The position numbers were made by a program, and so were the translations under genes. From assembly GCA_964016885.1 (NCBI GenBank), contig OZ024744.1, positions 52,762,001-52,826,000 on the forward strand: a DNA stretch of 64,000 nt, given 5' to 3'. The stretch is from Eledone cirrhosa (Eukaryota). Below are positions 1 through 15,417 of this stretch, one piece after another (within the stretch, counting starts at the first letter, position 1; every line of letters starts with the position of its first letter). The notes beneath the pieces are model-generated. The model did no database searches. It was not told the DNA's origin and was given only the letters and a program-made list of their open reading frames with translations.

Positions 1-165
1 ATAATGATGAAGAACTTTCTGTCCCAAAATGTTGTCGTTGAGCAAACATCGAGAGAAAGAAGAAAAAAGAGAGAAACAATAAAAATGGGTGTGGTTGGGA
101 GGGTGAGGGTAACAAGTACAGATAAAAATATAGAAACATAAAGATTAAAATAAAATGAAATAATT

Positions 166-805
166 GTTTCTACTTTTGGCACCAGGCCAGCAATTATCCC
201 AGTGCATTACTGGTACTTTAGTTTATCGACCTCGTATGAAATAATAGTCGATGTTTCTACTTTTGGCACAAGGCCAGCAAATAACCCAGTATATTACTGG
301 TACTTTAGTTTATCGACCCCGTAAGGATGAAAGGCAAAGTTAACCTCGGCGGGATTTGAACTAAGAATGGCAAGGGCCGTAACTCTATGCGTCAAAGCAT
401 GGCGTCCGACCCTCTACCGATACTGCCACCCCAAATAATTGTTTCTACTTTAGGCACAAGGCCAGCAATTACCCAGTGCATTACTGGTACTTTATTTTAT
501 CGACCCCGTAAGGATGAAAGGCAAAGTTAACCTCGGCGGGATTTGAACTAAGAATGGCAAGGGCCGTAACTCTATGCGTCAAAGCATGGCGTCCGACCCT
601 CTACCGATACTGCCACCCCAAATAATTGTTTCTACTTTAGGCACAAGGCCAGCAATTACCCAGTGCATTACTGGTACTTTATTTTATCGACCCCGTAAGG
701 ATGAAAGGCAAAGTTAACATCGACGGGATTTGAACTAAGAAAGGCAAGGGCCGTAACTCTATGCGTCAAAGCATGGCGTCCGACCGTCTACCAATACTGC
801 CAATC
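166..805 (-). mobile_element. Tandem array of tRNA-derived SINE copies (about 187-bp period, three near-full copies plus a partial)
   Basis: CCAAATAATTGTTTCTACTTT recurs at about 431 and 618. The unit is the reverse complement of the SINE at 36460-36645, which carries A and B boxes. Confidence 0.8.
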
Positions 806-854
806 CACCGAATCATCTTCCTACTCACTGCTATTGGGGATGGAGTTGGCCACT

Positions 855-1392
855 AATGATGATGTTGTGATGATAATGATGACCATGATAATCATGAAGT
901 AGATGATGATGCTGATGTTGACGATGGTGGTGGTGGTATTGTTGTTGTTGGTGGTGGTGGTGGCGGTGCTTGTGATGGGGGTATTGGTTGCGGTGGTGGT
1001 GGTGGTGGTGGTGGTATTTGTAGCGGTGGATGCGGTAACAGTAGTGGTGGTGGTGGTGGTGGTGGTGGTGGTGGTTGTGGTGTTGATGATGCTGATGATG
1101 GTGGTGGTGGTGGTGGTGGTGACAGTATAAGTGGTGGTGTTGATGATTGTAGTTGTGGTGTTGATGATGGTGGTGGTGGTGGTGGTGGTAACAGTAGTGG
1201 TGGTGGTGGTATTTGTAGCGATGGTGGTAATGATGATGATGATGATGATGGTGATGATGAAGAGGAGGAGGATGTGGAGGAGGATGTGGAGGAGGAGTCG
1301 GAAGGGGAGGATGAGGATGAGGATGAGGAGGAGAATGAAAATAACGAAGATGGTTCCGTTGACGACAACAACGACAACAACGACAACGACAG
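855..1392. repeat. Degenerate (GGT)n/(GAT)n/(GAG)n trinucleotide region
   Basis: Direct sequence. Overlapping ORFs are homopolymeric. Confidence 0.9.
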
Positions 1393-1507
1393 TGAGAAGT
1401 CCGGATCTAAGCAGCCATAGGATTTTACAGATAGTTTAGGTTTTTATGAAAAAGAAATATATTGTTGTTACCTTGTGATGTGGTCAGCATTGTACTATTC
1501 TACCTTA

Positions 1508-2181
1508 ACAATAACAGCAGCAACAGAAAGGTAAACAATAGCAGCAGCAGCAGCAGCAGCAGAAACAGCAGCATCGGCCGCATCAACAGCAACAGAAAGG
1601 TAAACAATAGCAACAACAGCAGCACAGCAACAGCAGCATCAACAGCAACAGAAATATAAACAACAGCAGCACAGCAGCAGCAGCAGCAGCATCAACAGCA
1701 ACAGAAAGGTAAACAATAGCAACAACAGCAGCACAGCAACAGCAGCATCAACAGCAACAGAAATATAAACAACAGCAGCACAGCAGCAGCAGCAGCAGCA
1801 TCAACAGCAACAGAAAGGTAAACAATAGCAACAACAGCAGCACAGCAGCAGCAGCCTCAACAGCAACAGAAATATAAACAACAGCAGCACAACAGCAGCA
1901 GCAGCAGCATCAACAGCAACAGAAAGGTAAACGATAGCAACAACAGCAGCACAGCAGCAGCAGCATCAACAGCAACAGAAATATAAACAACATCAGCACA
2001 GCAGCAGCAGCAGCATCAACAGCAACAGAAAGTTAAACACTAGCAACAACAGCAGCAACATTAACAACACTAGTAGCAGCAAACAACAACAAACACTACC
2101 ACCACGACAACAACAACAGCAACAACAACAACCACAACAGCCACAACAACAACAACAACAATAAAAAACACCACCACCACC

Positions 2182-2212
<31 letters not shown>

Positions 2213-2216
2213 CCAA

Positions 2217-2270
<54 letters not shown>

Positions 2271-2302
2271 CCACAACAACAACAACCACCACAACAACAA
2301 CA
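1508..2302. repeat. Compound (CAG)n/(CAA)n minisatellite
   Basis: Recurring AACAGCAACAGAAAGGTAAACAATAGC and AACAGAAATATAAACAAC units separated by CAG runs, then a (CAA)n tract. Confidence 0.9.
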
Positions 2303-2629
2303 TCTACACGAGTAATGCTAATATATTATAACAATCGTGTATATCAATATTTTTATTTTTAATAGTTTCAGTCATTTTTAGACTATCACTAGACCACCCG
2401 TGATTCGTTGAGTCACATTCACATTAAAATAATTTTTTTTCGAATAATTAAAATATGCACTATATAATATAAAATGTATTTCGAAGGCCCTTTGCTATTT
2501 GACCAGAGACAGCGAGCTTTTCAGTGCATGGAATCCAGTCCCCGCTAGCTCTTCCATCTACCGAATTATTATTATTTTTATATAAATCCCCGGTGTCCGC
2601 GCATTGCCTGGAGACTTAGCTGAGAATAG

Positions 2630-2711
2630 ACTCCCTGATGACGCAATGAATTCTCGACGGTTATATTACGTAACTGTCTTTATCCAATTGCAGAAACTAA
2701 TTAGTTGGAGT
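2630..2711 (+). ncRNA. Type I hammerhead ribozyme, copy 1
   Basis: Stem I ACTCC/GGAGT, core CTGATGA, stem II GCAAT/ATTGC with inner hairpin GACGGTTA/TAACTGTC, then GAAAC TAATTA GTT (palindromic stem III, GUU cleavage triplet). Confidence 0.75.
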
Positions 2712-3175
2712 GAACATTTTAGTAAGTAAGTTAATTTTTTAAATCTTTTTTAAAAATTTTCTTATTTTACGTCCTTCATATTATTGTTCTGCATCCTCCT
2801 GCATTGAAACACCTAGGTACTATGACATAACTTATGTATTTGCTGGCATTAGCGTACATCTGTACGTATATGTTAGTAGATATACTAAATTCTCTATATT
2901 TATCTCCAAATTATTTATTTGTTGAGCAAACCTGCCAAAACCACTACTAATTCATTGGTGTGGTAGTAGGCTTCTGTCATCTTACCATCCCACTCCTTCC
3001 GACTAGCCTCAGTGTCACGTGATTGATTCTTTAGAATCTGCCATTTGACCAGAGACAGCGAGCTTTTCAGTGCATGGAATCCAGTCCCCGCTAGCTGTTC
3101 CATCTACCGAATTATTATTATTTTTATATAAGTCCCCGGTGTCCGCGCATTGCCTGGAGACTTAGCTGAGAATAG

Positions 3176-3257
3176 ACTCCCTGATGACGCAATGAATTCT
3201 CGACGGTTATATTACGTAACTGTCTTTATCCCATTGCAGAAACTAATTAGTTGGAGT
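3176..3257 (+). ncRNA. Type I hammerhead ribozyme, copy 2
   Basis: ACTCC CTGATGA cGCAATG...CATTGCa GAAACTAATTAGTT GGAGT. Confidence 0.8.
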
Positions 3258-3721
3258 GAACATTTTAGTAAGTAAGTTAATTTTTTAAATCTTTTTTAAA
3301 AATTTTCTTATTTTACGTCCTTCATATTATTGTTCTGCATCCTCCTGCATTGAAACACCTAGGTACTATGACATAACTTATGTATTTGCTGGCATTAGCG
3401 TACATCTGTACGTATATGTTAGTAGATATACTAAATTCTCTATATTTATCTCCAAATTATTTATTTGTTGAGCAAACCTGCCAAAACCACTACTAATTCA
3501 TTGGTGTGGTAGTAGGCTTCTGTCATCTTACCATCCCACTCCTTCCGACTAGCCTCAGTGTCACGTGATTGATTCTTTAGAATCTGCCATTTGACCAGAG
3601 ACAGCGAGCTTTTCAGTGCATGGAATCCAGTCCCCGCTAGCTGTTCCATCTACCGAATTATTATTATTTTTATATAAGTCCCCGGTGTCCGCGCATTGCC
3701 TGGAGACTTAGCTGAGAATAG

Positions 3722-3803
3722 ACTCCCTGATGACGCAATGAATTCTCGACGGTTATATTACGTAACTGTCTTTATCCCATTGCAGAAACTAATTAGTTGG
3801 AGT
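3722..3803 (+). ncRNA. Type I hammerhead ribozyme, copy 3
   Basis: Same motif as copy 2, 546 bp downstream. Confidence 0.8.
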
Positions 3804-3866
3804 GAACATTTTAGTAAGTAAGTTAATTTTTTAAATCTTTTTAAAAAATTTTCTTATTTTACGTCC

Positions 3867-4543
<677 letters not shown>

Positions 4544-4624
4544 ATATATAGGTCACAGATCTATGCTTAAACTTTGATATGTTATTTTAATATATATGTA
4601 AGAGTAAGGGAATAATTGTATCGT

Positions 4625-4661
4625 GTTTCTGATGAAGAACTAGCGTCCGAAACGTTAAGAC
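4625..4661 (+). ncRNA. Minimal type I hammerhead-like motif
   Basis: GTTT CTGATGA aGAAC tagc GTCC GAAACGTTA AGAC; stems imperfect. Confidence 0.5.
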
Positions 4662-4736
4662 CCTCTTCCTGCTATATGAAGTGTTAATATATACCTTCCA
4701 TATACTGTACCAAATGTGTTGTTATTTCTGCTTACG

Positions 4737-5152
<416 letters not shown>

Positions 5153-5581
5153 CAAGTTAATATAAATTAATATATGATAAACACCAATATGAACATGTAA
5201 GCGTTTGCATTGTAAACGACCAAGTTAGCTAGATTGAAAAATACTAATTAGATTAATACAGTTTGCTGTCTCGATTTAAAATAATAAATCAATAAAAACA
5301 AACCCATATTGGCAATAGCCGTGATACCTGGACAAATTTAAATTTCAAAATCCAAACCTGTTCCGCAGACAAATTAAATTTCAAAACCCAAATAAGTTTC
5401 GCAACGATAATTTAAAAAAGCGAAAAATTCCAATTCCTGTGGTCATCAACAGGTATCCAGAAATTAGCATGTTTCACCTCGAAATATTTTTGAAGGACTG
5501 GTAATCAAATGCTAACGCACGTGGTTTCCCAGCTCCTAGCTATCCCCATACTCATGCTGCTAGAAATAACAGCCTTCTATA

Positions 5582-5612
<31 letters not shown>

Positions 5613-5619
5613 TTTATTC

Positions 5620-5828
5620 GACTTTCGTCAAACCGCACCGAGGAAACAATGATTCCGTTGGTCTTTCCAATTGCTAATACTATCTATCGGTCGAAACTCT
5701 AGGTAGAAGGAGCAACGTAAAATAAAGTGTCTTGCTCAAAGACATAATGCATCGCCTGGTCCAGGAATCGAACTGACAACCTCATGATTGCGAATCCAGT
5801 TCTCTAACCAATCAGCTACACCCCTGCA
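5620..5828 (-). mobile_element. tRNA-derived SINE, second family
   Basis: Minus strand reads TAGCTGATTGG (A box), AGTTCGATTCC (B box), then GTCTTTGAGCAAGACAC. Decayed relatives at about 16850-17070 and 18030-18240. Confidence 0.65.
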
Positions 5829-6372
5829 CACACACACCACACACATATATACATATACATATACATATATATAATGAGAATAAACGAAAGGAGCTTTGTG
5901 GTTACTAAAAATAAGGTTTAGGATGGTGGTTTGGACGGAACAAGAGGAGAAAAGAAGAAAGAATCAAGAATCCTTCGTCAGCTGTAAATTCGCGATCCAG
6001 ATGTTTCAGCACTTATTTACAAGACATCTGTAGCGATCGGCGGTGCGCCCGAGGCATTTTCTTAATCAAAAGGCCAGGATGAATAGAAGAGAAAAAGGAG
6101 AGAAAAGTTAAGGAAAAAGAAGGAAAATAGGAAGAAGAACAAAGGGAGAAAGGTGGTGAGTAGAGAGGAAGAAAGAGAAAAAGGAAAAAGAAGGGGAAAA
6201 AAACAGGTGAACCCATCCCTTCGTGGGGAGACACATGAGAAAGGAACAGGCAAATGACTAACCGTGAACAAATAGGATAAGTTATCGCATAGCTGGTAGA
6301 CATTAAGCCTGGTAGGATGCGCTAACAGAAGACGGCATTAACCTGTCGCCTCTATTCTAGGTAAAACGTACA

Positions 6373-6458
<86 letters not shown>

Positions 6459-7058
6459 TATGTATTCCTCTGTGTGCGTGTGTGTGTGTATGCAGGTGTC
6501 TGTGACCTATATTCACCGGTCTCACACATATACACACCTACTTATATATATATATAACACATCCAGCTCTCTCACTCTCTCTTCCATTCTCCTTCTCTGT
6601 CTCCTCTCCCTCTCTCTATGTCTCGCTTTCAATCTACACTCTCACAATCAGTATCTCTTTCTCTACGGGGTCGATAAAATAAAGTACCAGTAATGCACTG
6701 GGTAATTGCTGGCCTTGTGCCTAAAGTAGAAACAAGTATCTCTTTCTCTGTATCATTCTCTCTCTCTCTCTCTCTTTCACTCTCCCCCTCTCTTTCTCTG
6801 TCTCTTTTCTCTCTCTCTCTGTTTATGAAGGTACCCAAAAAAACAAAAATCAGAAGCCATGCTCCGATTTACGCGAAACTTGTTTTCTATTCGTATTCCC
6901 ATTTCAGGTTAACTTCCTTTCAAAGAATTTTCCCATTATGCGCCATTTTGGTTGTATTACATTACAAACAAGCAAGCAAGCAAGCAATCGCAAAGTTTTA
7001 GTAATATGTAGATATCTGATCTAGTTTTTATTTTATCAACCGCCAAGTTACGGGATAC

Positions 7059-7300
7059 ATAATAATAATAATAACGAAATTATTGTGTACTGTAGTCAGG
7101 TGCAATACAACTCATCAAAGGTGCATGAAGAGTACATAGAATAATGTGCAAATGTGAGGAAAATGAACAGTATACGAGTCATGATATACTTGTGTGTGTG
7201 TATAGAGGGGGGGGGGGGATATCAGTTATGGTCTTGGAGAATTTCAGGAAGCATGGAGGTTTTAAAGGATCAGTGTCTCGACAGCTAATAACTGATGGTA
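7059..7300 (-). mobile_element. Probable 3' end of a LINE with a (TTA)n tail
   Basis: Short coding-like stretch on the minus strand ending in a microsatellite tail. Family assignment is tentative. Confidence 0.3.
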
Positions 7301-8320
7301 CAACAGAGAGTTACAGGATATATATAACACAACAGAGTTACGGGGTATATATAACACAACAGAGTTACAGGGTATATATAACACAACAGAGTTACAGGGT
7401 ATATAAAACACAATAGAGCGTTACAGGGTATATCTAACACAACAGAGTTACGGGTTATATATAACACAACACAGAGTTACAGGGTATATATAATACAACA
7501 GAGTTACATGGTATATATAACGCAACATAGAGTTACGGGGTATATATAACACAACAGGGAGTTACGGGGTATATATAACACACAACACAGAGTTACAGGG
7601 TATATATAACACAACAGAGTTACGGGGTATATATAACACAACGCAGAGTTACATGGTATATATATCACAACAGAGTTACAGGGTATATATAACACAACCT
7701 AGAGTTACAGGGCATATATAACACAACAGGGAGTTACGGGTTATATATAACACAACAGGGAGTTACCGGGTATATATAACACAACACAGAGTTACAGGGT
7801 ATATATATCACAACAGAGTTACAGGGTATATATAACACAACCTAGAGTTACGGGGTATATATAACACAACATGGAGTTACCGGGTATATATAACACAACA
7901 CAGAGTTACAGGGTATATATAACACAACAGAGTTACGGGGTATATATAACACAACATAGTTACAGGGTATATATAACACAACAGAGTTACATGGTATATA
8001 TATCACAACAGAGTTACAGGGTATATATAACACAACAGAGTTACGGGGTATATATAACACAACAGAGTTACGGGGTATATATAACACAACAGAGTTACAG
8101 GGTATATATAACACAACATAGAGTTACAGGGTATATATAACACAACAGGGAGTTAGATGGTATATATAAGACAACAGAGTTACAGAGTATATATAACACA
8201 ACAAGGAGTTACGGGGTATATATAACACAACACAGATTTACAGGGTATATACAACACAACAGAGTTACAGGGTATATATGACACAACATATAGTTACAGG
8301 GTATATATAACACAACACAG
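7301..8320. repeat. Minisatellite, 27-29-bp unit ACAACAGAGTTAC(A/G)GGGTATATATAAC
   Basis: About 1 kb of tandem copies seen directly. The YITQQSY ORFs are repeat artefacts. Confidence 0.95.
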
Positions 8321-9666
8321 ATATCTTAACTATAATAAAGAAAGGAGTGCGGACTGCGCCCAGAATATATTTTTTTATCTCGTTAGTAAAATAAGTTGCA
8401 TTACTTTGAATAAATAATTAATGAATATTACATAATTTATCTACTAAATTTCGTTATTCTTGATTAAATCTAAATAGTTTTATTGCTTATTTTAAGATTC
8501 ACTTCTTTAAAAAATGTTAAATGTCAATTGTTCCGGTTATGATATAACGGACGATATATCACATCTCTTATATAAACGTTCATATATTTGCATGGTTATA
8601 TAGGGTTTATATTTCTGTCGCTAATTTTCTCCTTTTTCCTTTTCCTCATATTTCACCGTAATGCAGTTTATATATAATATTGTCTTTTTTAAATGTATCA
8701 TGGATTACTTTACTGATTACAAAAGACAGTATAACACAGTCTGTCTTCAATTTCTGTGTATATTGGCAATTACGATTTTATTTGATGTATCATATCTAAA
8801 TTCATATATATTTGCGTATGATATCAATATACACTACACATGCTTGCAGAAAACCACCCAAAAGGTGGATTTTCTGCTAGTGCACATAATTAAGTGTAAA
8901 TTTTATACTTAATGTTGTCAGCCAAATTATTATTTAAATTGAATTATAATCTTGATGAGAAGAGTAATGAAAATGTTAATGAAAATTATTCACAAAAGGG
9001 ATGAGGAAGGAAGTCAATGTTTCACTCATCCAAATCTTAAATGGAGATGTGCCGGGAGTGGCAATCAGATCTTGACACATTTCTGTATGATTAGAACTCA
9101 TCAGCAAATTGTATTGAGAATGACTTTATATAGTATTTCGTGCGGAAGCAATTTACTGATTTGCGAAATAATATTAATGACTCGCAAAAAACCTCAAGGT
9201 TGTCTTCTGCACGAAGAACCTATTTCGAAATGCAGAAAATTACTATGCTCGAGTCGATGAGACTAACGAAATTGTTAATCTATTGGAATTAAAACTAATG
9301 AGATGAAATGTCATTAGTGTAAATGGTAATTAATCACAAATGGGTCAACGGATTCAAATAGCTGTATATTTTCTGTCTACTACTATTCAACCCAAGGCTA
9401 CGGTAGAGAAGACTTGCACAAAAACTGCGCGATGAGATATTACTATAACCCATATTGTTGTCAAGTAAATATCTTAACCGAGAGTTATGCCTTTCCCTAT
9501 AATCAAATACATAAATTTTAAAAATCACGATATTAAATTACTACTGATTATATCTAGATGTTGACATTGTAATAATATTGTTTCGCACCAGGTCACCTCA
9601 GATTCAGTAATCAAATACTCAAAGAATTTACAGCTGTGACCATTCAGTCTATTATATATATATATA

Positions 9667-9727
<61 letters not shown>

Positions 9728-9730
<3 letters not shown>

Positions 9731-9922
9731 CGAAGGAAATGTGGTAAGGAAATAGGTGGACCATAACGCACCAAAGTACTCAATACTTGAGGTAGTAGAG
9801 TGGGTAATAGGAACCAGTAAGACCCCGACAGCTGAGCTCAAGCCGTTTCGACGGCTAATTCTGTCCAGAATTAGCCGTCGAAACGGCTTGAGCTCAGCTG
9901 TCGGGGTCTTACTGGTTCCTAT
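9728..9922. mobile_element. Fold-back fragment of the 32789-34320 family between (TA)n tracts
   Basis: Perfect 57-bp arms at 9807-9863 and 9866-9922. Sequence matches 34180-34320. Another fragment lies at 10355-10466. Confidence 0.75.
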
Positions 9923-10920
9923 ATATATATATATATATATAAGTATTGAAGTTTCCGTTGAAAATTGAAAAAGTCAGAGGAGTGAAGAGTGCTCTATGTA
10001 AGTTACAGAGCTAAATTTAATATATAATAAACAATACAATATAATTACCTCATTACCAGAGGTTTCCCGAATAAGACGAATACAAGAAACGTCCTCATTC
10101 GTTCGTCAGACAAGGCAATTTAAAACATAGTGAAATATTTGAAAAATCTCCCAAGAAAGGCAAAAGTTTAACGGGCAAAAAAAAATATAAATAAAAGTAA
10201 TGCAAGAGATATATAAAAATAAAATAAGGAAATATAGTAAGGGTATGTGTATAAATGTGTGTATATGCACTCACAAATATACATATGTGTGTATGTACAA
10301 ATGCATGTGAATAGTGAAAAAATGTGTGCGTAAGTACATACATGAGGGCAAGCATCTCAGCCGTCGGGATCCTGACTCTTTTTCTATTACCCACTCTACT
10401 ACCCAAGTATCGAGTACTCTGGTGCGTTATGGTCCATCTGGTTCCTTACCACTATTTCGTTGTTATAAAAAAAAATATATATATATATATATTAATTTAG
10501 GTTTGTTGGTTCACCACTGGGTAGAACTGGTCATTCCGTATAGTCAATCGTGATGTAATACTAGGAAAAGCACTCGACGTGATGCAACTCACCCATCTTC
10601 GTTTATGTTGAATCTTGTTGGTGGTGCGAGAACAGAGTTAATTATTATTGAGTAAAATGACAGGAGGCTCGACTGGGGAAATTCCTTAAAGATTTACCTG
10701 ATCTCATTCACCATTAGCATGTGTCCATAGCACGGTTGTAGTGGTATTCACTATAAGCATACGCCCCCCCCCCCCCGATCAGACCGACAAGACGAAATTA
10801 AGTAGATTCCTCACTTGAAGACGGTCATTCAGACTGGCAACTGCTGGCTCTAGCCGCCTTCAGGTCTTAAACATTTCTCTCTACTTCTCAACCCTTTGGA
10901 TTGTATCTACCATTATTATA

Positions 10921-11030
10921 TCCCGCCGAGGTTAACTTTGCCTTTCATCCTTACAGGGTCGATAAAATAAAGCACCAGTAATGCACTGACTAATTGCTGG
11001 CCTTGTGCCAAAAGTAGAAACCATTATTAT
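10921..11030 (+). mobile_element. 5'-truncated SINE of the same family as 36460-36645
   Basis: TCCCGCCGAGGTTAACTTTGCCTTTCATCC...GGCCTTGTGCCAAAAGTAGAAAC. Confidence 0.8.
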
Positions 11031-11168
11031 ATTCCTTTATTAGATAAATTTCGTAACACCTCATGATGTCACCGGGTTCCTGCAGAACCCGGTTATTGAA
11101 ATTTGGATAGTGTTTATAATAAATCTTTAAGGAATTTCACCAATCCAGACTCCTGTCATTTTACTCAA

Positions 11169-11252
<84 letters not shown>

Positions 11253-11276
11253 AATACATACACACACACACACACG

Positions 11277-11349
<73 letters not shown>

Positions 11350-11449
11350 CAACGGTATATATTGAGTTAGAAACTCAAAATAGTTTCTAACAATTAAATA
11401 GCTCTAGGAAAGAGATTTTTCCGAGTCGTATAGTATAATTGAATATTAA

Positions 11450-11862
11450 AGTGAGATAAACACAGATATATACATATATGTGTTCAAATCGTAAGGGACC
11501 AGATTCGCCAGGGTGAAAAAGATACTAACAATGGACAATACAGTTTGCCAGACATAATTTAAGAATAAATCAAGAAAATAAATACGCGCACTATTCAGTT
11601 TTCTGAGTTTACTAATTTTACTCCCACTGATGTGCAATAAGAATTGTCAATTCTCTTCACAATTAAATTGCGAAACAGCATCACCAATTGCTGTCTGTGC
11701 GCCTGGTAGTTACCACAATTCCGGTTCGTATTTATATTCTTGATTTATTCTTAATTTGAGTCTGGAAAACCCTATTGCCCATATGTAGTATCTTTTTCAT
11801 CCTAGCGAATCTGGTCCCTTACGATTTGAACACATATATGTATATATCTGTGTTTATCTCTC
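11450..11862. mobile_element. Penelope-type inverted-repeat fragment with a degenerate HHR at 11623-11699
   Basis: About 11453-11586 is inverted at 11727-11860. Motif CA CTGATGT GCAAT...ATTGC GAAAC AGCA...TGCT GTC TG (A9 mutated). Confidence 0.6.
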
Positions 11863-12284
11863 TTTTATATATATATATATATTCTCTTTTTTTCTCTCTC
11901 TCGTCTACGATTTCACAGAACTCACGTTCACCGAAATCACAGACTAGATCCTTTCTTCCTCCCGTTAGACCTGTACGGAATTCCATCCTTGCTTACATTC
12001 CAACCAGGTTTGATGGTCTTTATTCTCTCTCGTTCACGATTCACCGAATTTAAATTCATAGAAATTTGGGACTTGACTCCTTCTTCCTCACTTTTCGTTG
12101 CTTAACCATTTTTGTTTGTTTACACTCGTGTTCCCTTTATTTACGTGTCCCAACGACTTTTTTAGCCGTTGCTCGCACCAACCTGAGGTATATGGTCTTT
12201 AAAGCGATGAAATACCAATGATGGTTGGAAGATCACTGATGAAGGACTAACTTTATTCATATATATATATATATATATTTATAT

Positions 12285-12380
<96 letters not shown>

Positions 12381-12489
12381 TAAAAGTACAAACTGACCAA
12401 TGGATAGATTCCAGTAAAGTAATTTAAAATAAAAAAAATCTTCACAAGCATCTTACATAGATGTCTAAAAAAAATTTAAATTTGAACAT

Positions 12490-12850
12490 ACAAAGAAGTG
12501 GGATGACCAAAAAGTAGAGCGTTTCCTTGAAAGCAACGATTTAAAATTATTGGCCATGACGAGTCAAACGTATAAACAAATAGAGTATTCACGCCCAAAT
12601 GTTTTTACACCCAAGAAAGAGGAAAGCGTGTGTTGGTTAATGGATGTTACTTGGTCCGTTCGGTACTAGAGAATTAAACAAAGAACGTGAGGATATAGAA
12701 ATGTATCAATATCTGAATTACCAATTGTATTACGAGCCGTATGGACAAACGCTAGAAATGTGATTGGCTGGTTGTAGATGGTGAATTTACCGATTATACT
12801 GAAGCCTTGTTTGCTTAACACAGCAAGAACCAGACGAAAGTTACTAAATA
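12490..12850 (+). pseudogene. Highly decayed R4/Dong restriction-like endonuclease 3' fragment
   Basis: KWDDQKVERFLESNDLKLL..IEYSRPNVFTPKKEESVCWLMDV resembles [42 protein letters not shown] at about 55400. Confidence 0.55.
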
Positions 12851-13972
12851 TCTATCAAGTCTGCACGAGACAGCTTCAAATCTAGCAATCAAATTACTGG
12901 CAGAGGAACAACTAAATACTATAGTGGCTACACACACACGGATCCAAACACATACGCACACTCACGCACACACACGCACAAACAGCGTCCCACTATACAC
13001 GTAGGTCGGCTGACCATTTCACAGGATAACTATGGCAGATAGATATTAGAATTGTGAAATGTTGCATGCATCAATTTCAACTCTTCTTATTAATAACTGC
13101 ATTGTTTCTTTCCAACGACTATGTCAAAAGATAAACCTCCTTTAGTCATTCTGTGAGAGTATCTTGGTCAGCCTATGAACTTTACAGCTAACCACTCGTG
13201 TATATATATATATATCAGGGTAACCACAGTAAGTAAGGTACTCAATACATTAGTAGAATGTAAACAACAAATTTAATATAGAAATGCCTTCTACAGGACT
13301 TGAGCAGTTTCATTCGAAGGAAGTCATCAGGAAAGCTTCCTCTAGAAGCAATTTCTATATTAAATTTGTCATATATACAAAATGGTGTTTTCTGAATAGG
13401 AACAGAAAGAGAATATATTTAAATAAAATACTCAGTATATTAAGTTGAGAAAGCACGTGACTTATTTCATACAAAAAAAAAGACATCTGCACTAATAGGA
13501 GAGTTTCAGTTGTTTGAAATCACTAGGTCTTTCATGGTGATTTCAAAGGAATGAAACAGTTCCAGTCCTGTAGAAGTTATGAGACCTCATAGTAGTATTT
13601 ACATGCAAGCCGACTTCGATAAACAATAGCCTGTATAGAGACGATGGTTTAAGGCTATCTAAATACACTAATGAACTGACGTTATATACATTAAGAAATG
13701 TACAACAATTAGATAGTAAAAATAGTGCCTCCGTTGTATTTTAGACTAAGTAAATAACCCTAATAATTTGGAGTTATAGAAACCTACAGAAATGGAAAAA
13801 TGACTGAGTATTGACGAACATGGGACACGAACCCCCATTTCTGGCTGCCCTGGCCATTGTGTTTCCATCTAATTTAAAATTCTCTGCTGTTTGTAGACAA
13901 AAACTGAAAAAGCTTTGTATCTTATATATATACGTAAAAGAAGGGTTATTCCACATTAGTGTGGAGTATGTA

Positions 13973-14067
<95 letters not shown>

Positions 14068-14219
14068 GTGTGTGTGACCGTGTGTCTATGATTGTGTTTT
14101 TTAAGTGTTTCTGTTGGGCCTCTTTAATTTCGAGAACATATGTACAATTGTTATGTTTAATATAATCTACGATGAGTAACTGTTGAAGACCAGTGAAACT
14201 AATCGTGTAGTTGTTCATG

Positions 14220-14319
14220 ATGCTGAACTTGGTGATGATAAAAATGATGACGATAATGATTATGATCTGATGATGTTTATGATAATGATGATTGCGACGT
14301 TGACAATGATGATGATGAC

Positions 14320-14372
<53 letters not shown>

Positions 14373-14720
14373 CGATTATGACGTTGGGGGATGATGATGA
14401 TGATGATGATGACGATTGGGATGAGGAGAAAATGGAGGTAAGATAATTAAGATAGTAATGATGGTTGCGGTGGTGGTGGTGGTGATGATCATGATGATGA
14501 TGATGACGATGATGATGATGATATTGATGATGATGATGATGAAGATGATGATGATGATGATATTGATGATGATGATAATGATGATGATGATGATGATGAT
14601 GGTGGTGGTGATGATGATGATGATGATGGTGGTGGTGATAATGATGATGATGATGATGATGGTGGTGATTATGATGATGATGATGGTGGTGATGATGATG
14701 ATGATGTTGATGATGATGAA
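14220..14720. repeat. (GAT)n microsatellite region
   Basis: Direct sequence. Confidence 0.95.
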
Positions 14721-14883
14721 TGGTAGTGACGATCTGTGCTTGAGGACAAGCACAGATCAAATGTACTGTCTCGCTAATTGAGTTTTCAAAACACATGACA
14801 CTGTCTCTGTTTGCATTAAGTTATGTTTCTACCGTAGGAGACATTTCCGATAGCCTATACTCACTCTCTCTACTTCTCTTCCT

Positions 14884-15030
<147 letters not shown>

Positions 15031-15106
15031 CCCGTCTGTCATGCAAGCATACACTTTACATACACACACGCACACAAATATGTATATGTATGCAACACGC
15101 ACGCGC

Positions 15107-15159
<53 letters not shown>

Positions 15160-15282
15160 TATATATATGTATGTATGTATATGTATACAAATATGTATAT
15201 TTATATGTATATGTGTGTGTTTGTATATTGTATATACACATCTGGCTGCCTATATATTTCTCTCTCCCTCTTCTCCCCCCTC

Positions 15283-15360
<78 letters not shown>

Positions 15361-15361
15361 C

Positions 15362-15417
<56 letters not shown>

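Noticed and set aside
892-1439. Pro/Ser-rich and Val/Met-rich ORFs
   Set aside because: Translations of trinucleotide low-complexity DNA that is open in several frames; no domain.
2915-3649. Duplicated 62-aa ORF MEQLAGTGF...
   Set aside because: No recognisable motif, antisense to the HHRs, and the corresponding codons differ in copy 1. Used only as a period marker.
5930-6070. CTGACGA and GAAAC motifs on the minus strand
   Set aside because: I could not form stems I and III in a hammerhead order.
7301-8320. CRISPR-like regular repeats
   Set aside because: Units are contiguous with no unique spacers, there are no cas genes, and the context is eukaryotic.
8325-9530. Possible Helitron-like start and piggyBac-like decayed coding sequence
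   Set aside because: Similarity is too weak to support by eye.
12230-12260. CTGATGA core (similar partial cores near 24570, 29325 and 35985)
   Set aside because: Truncated or lacking a paired GAAA/UH half.
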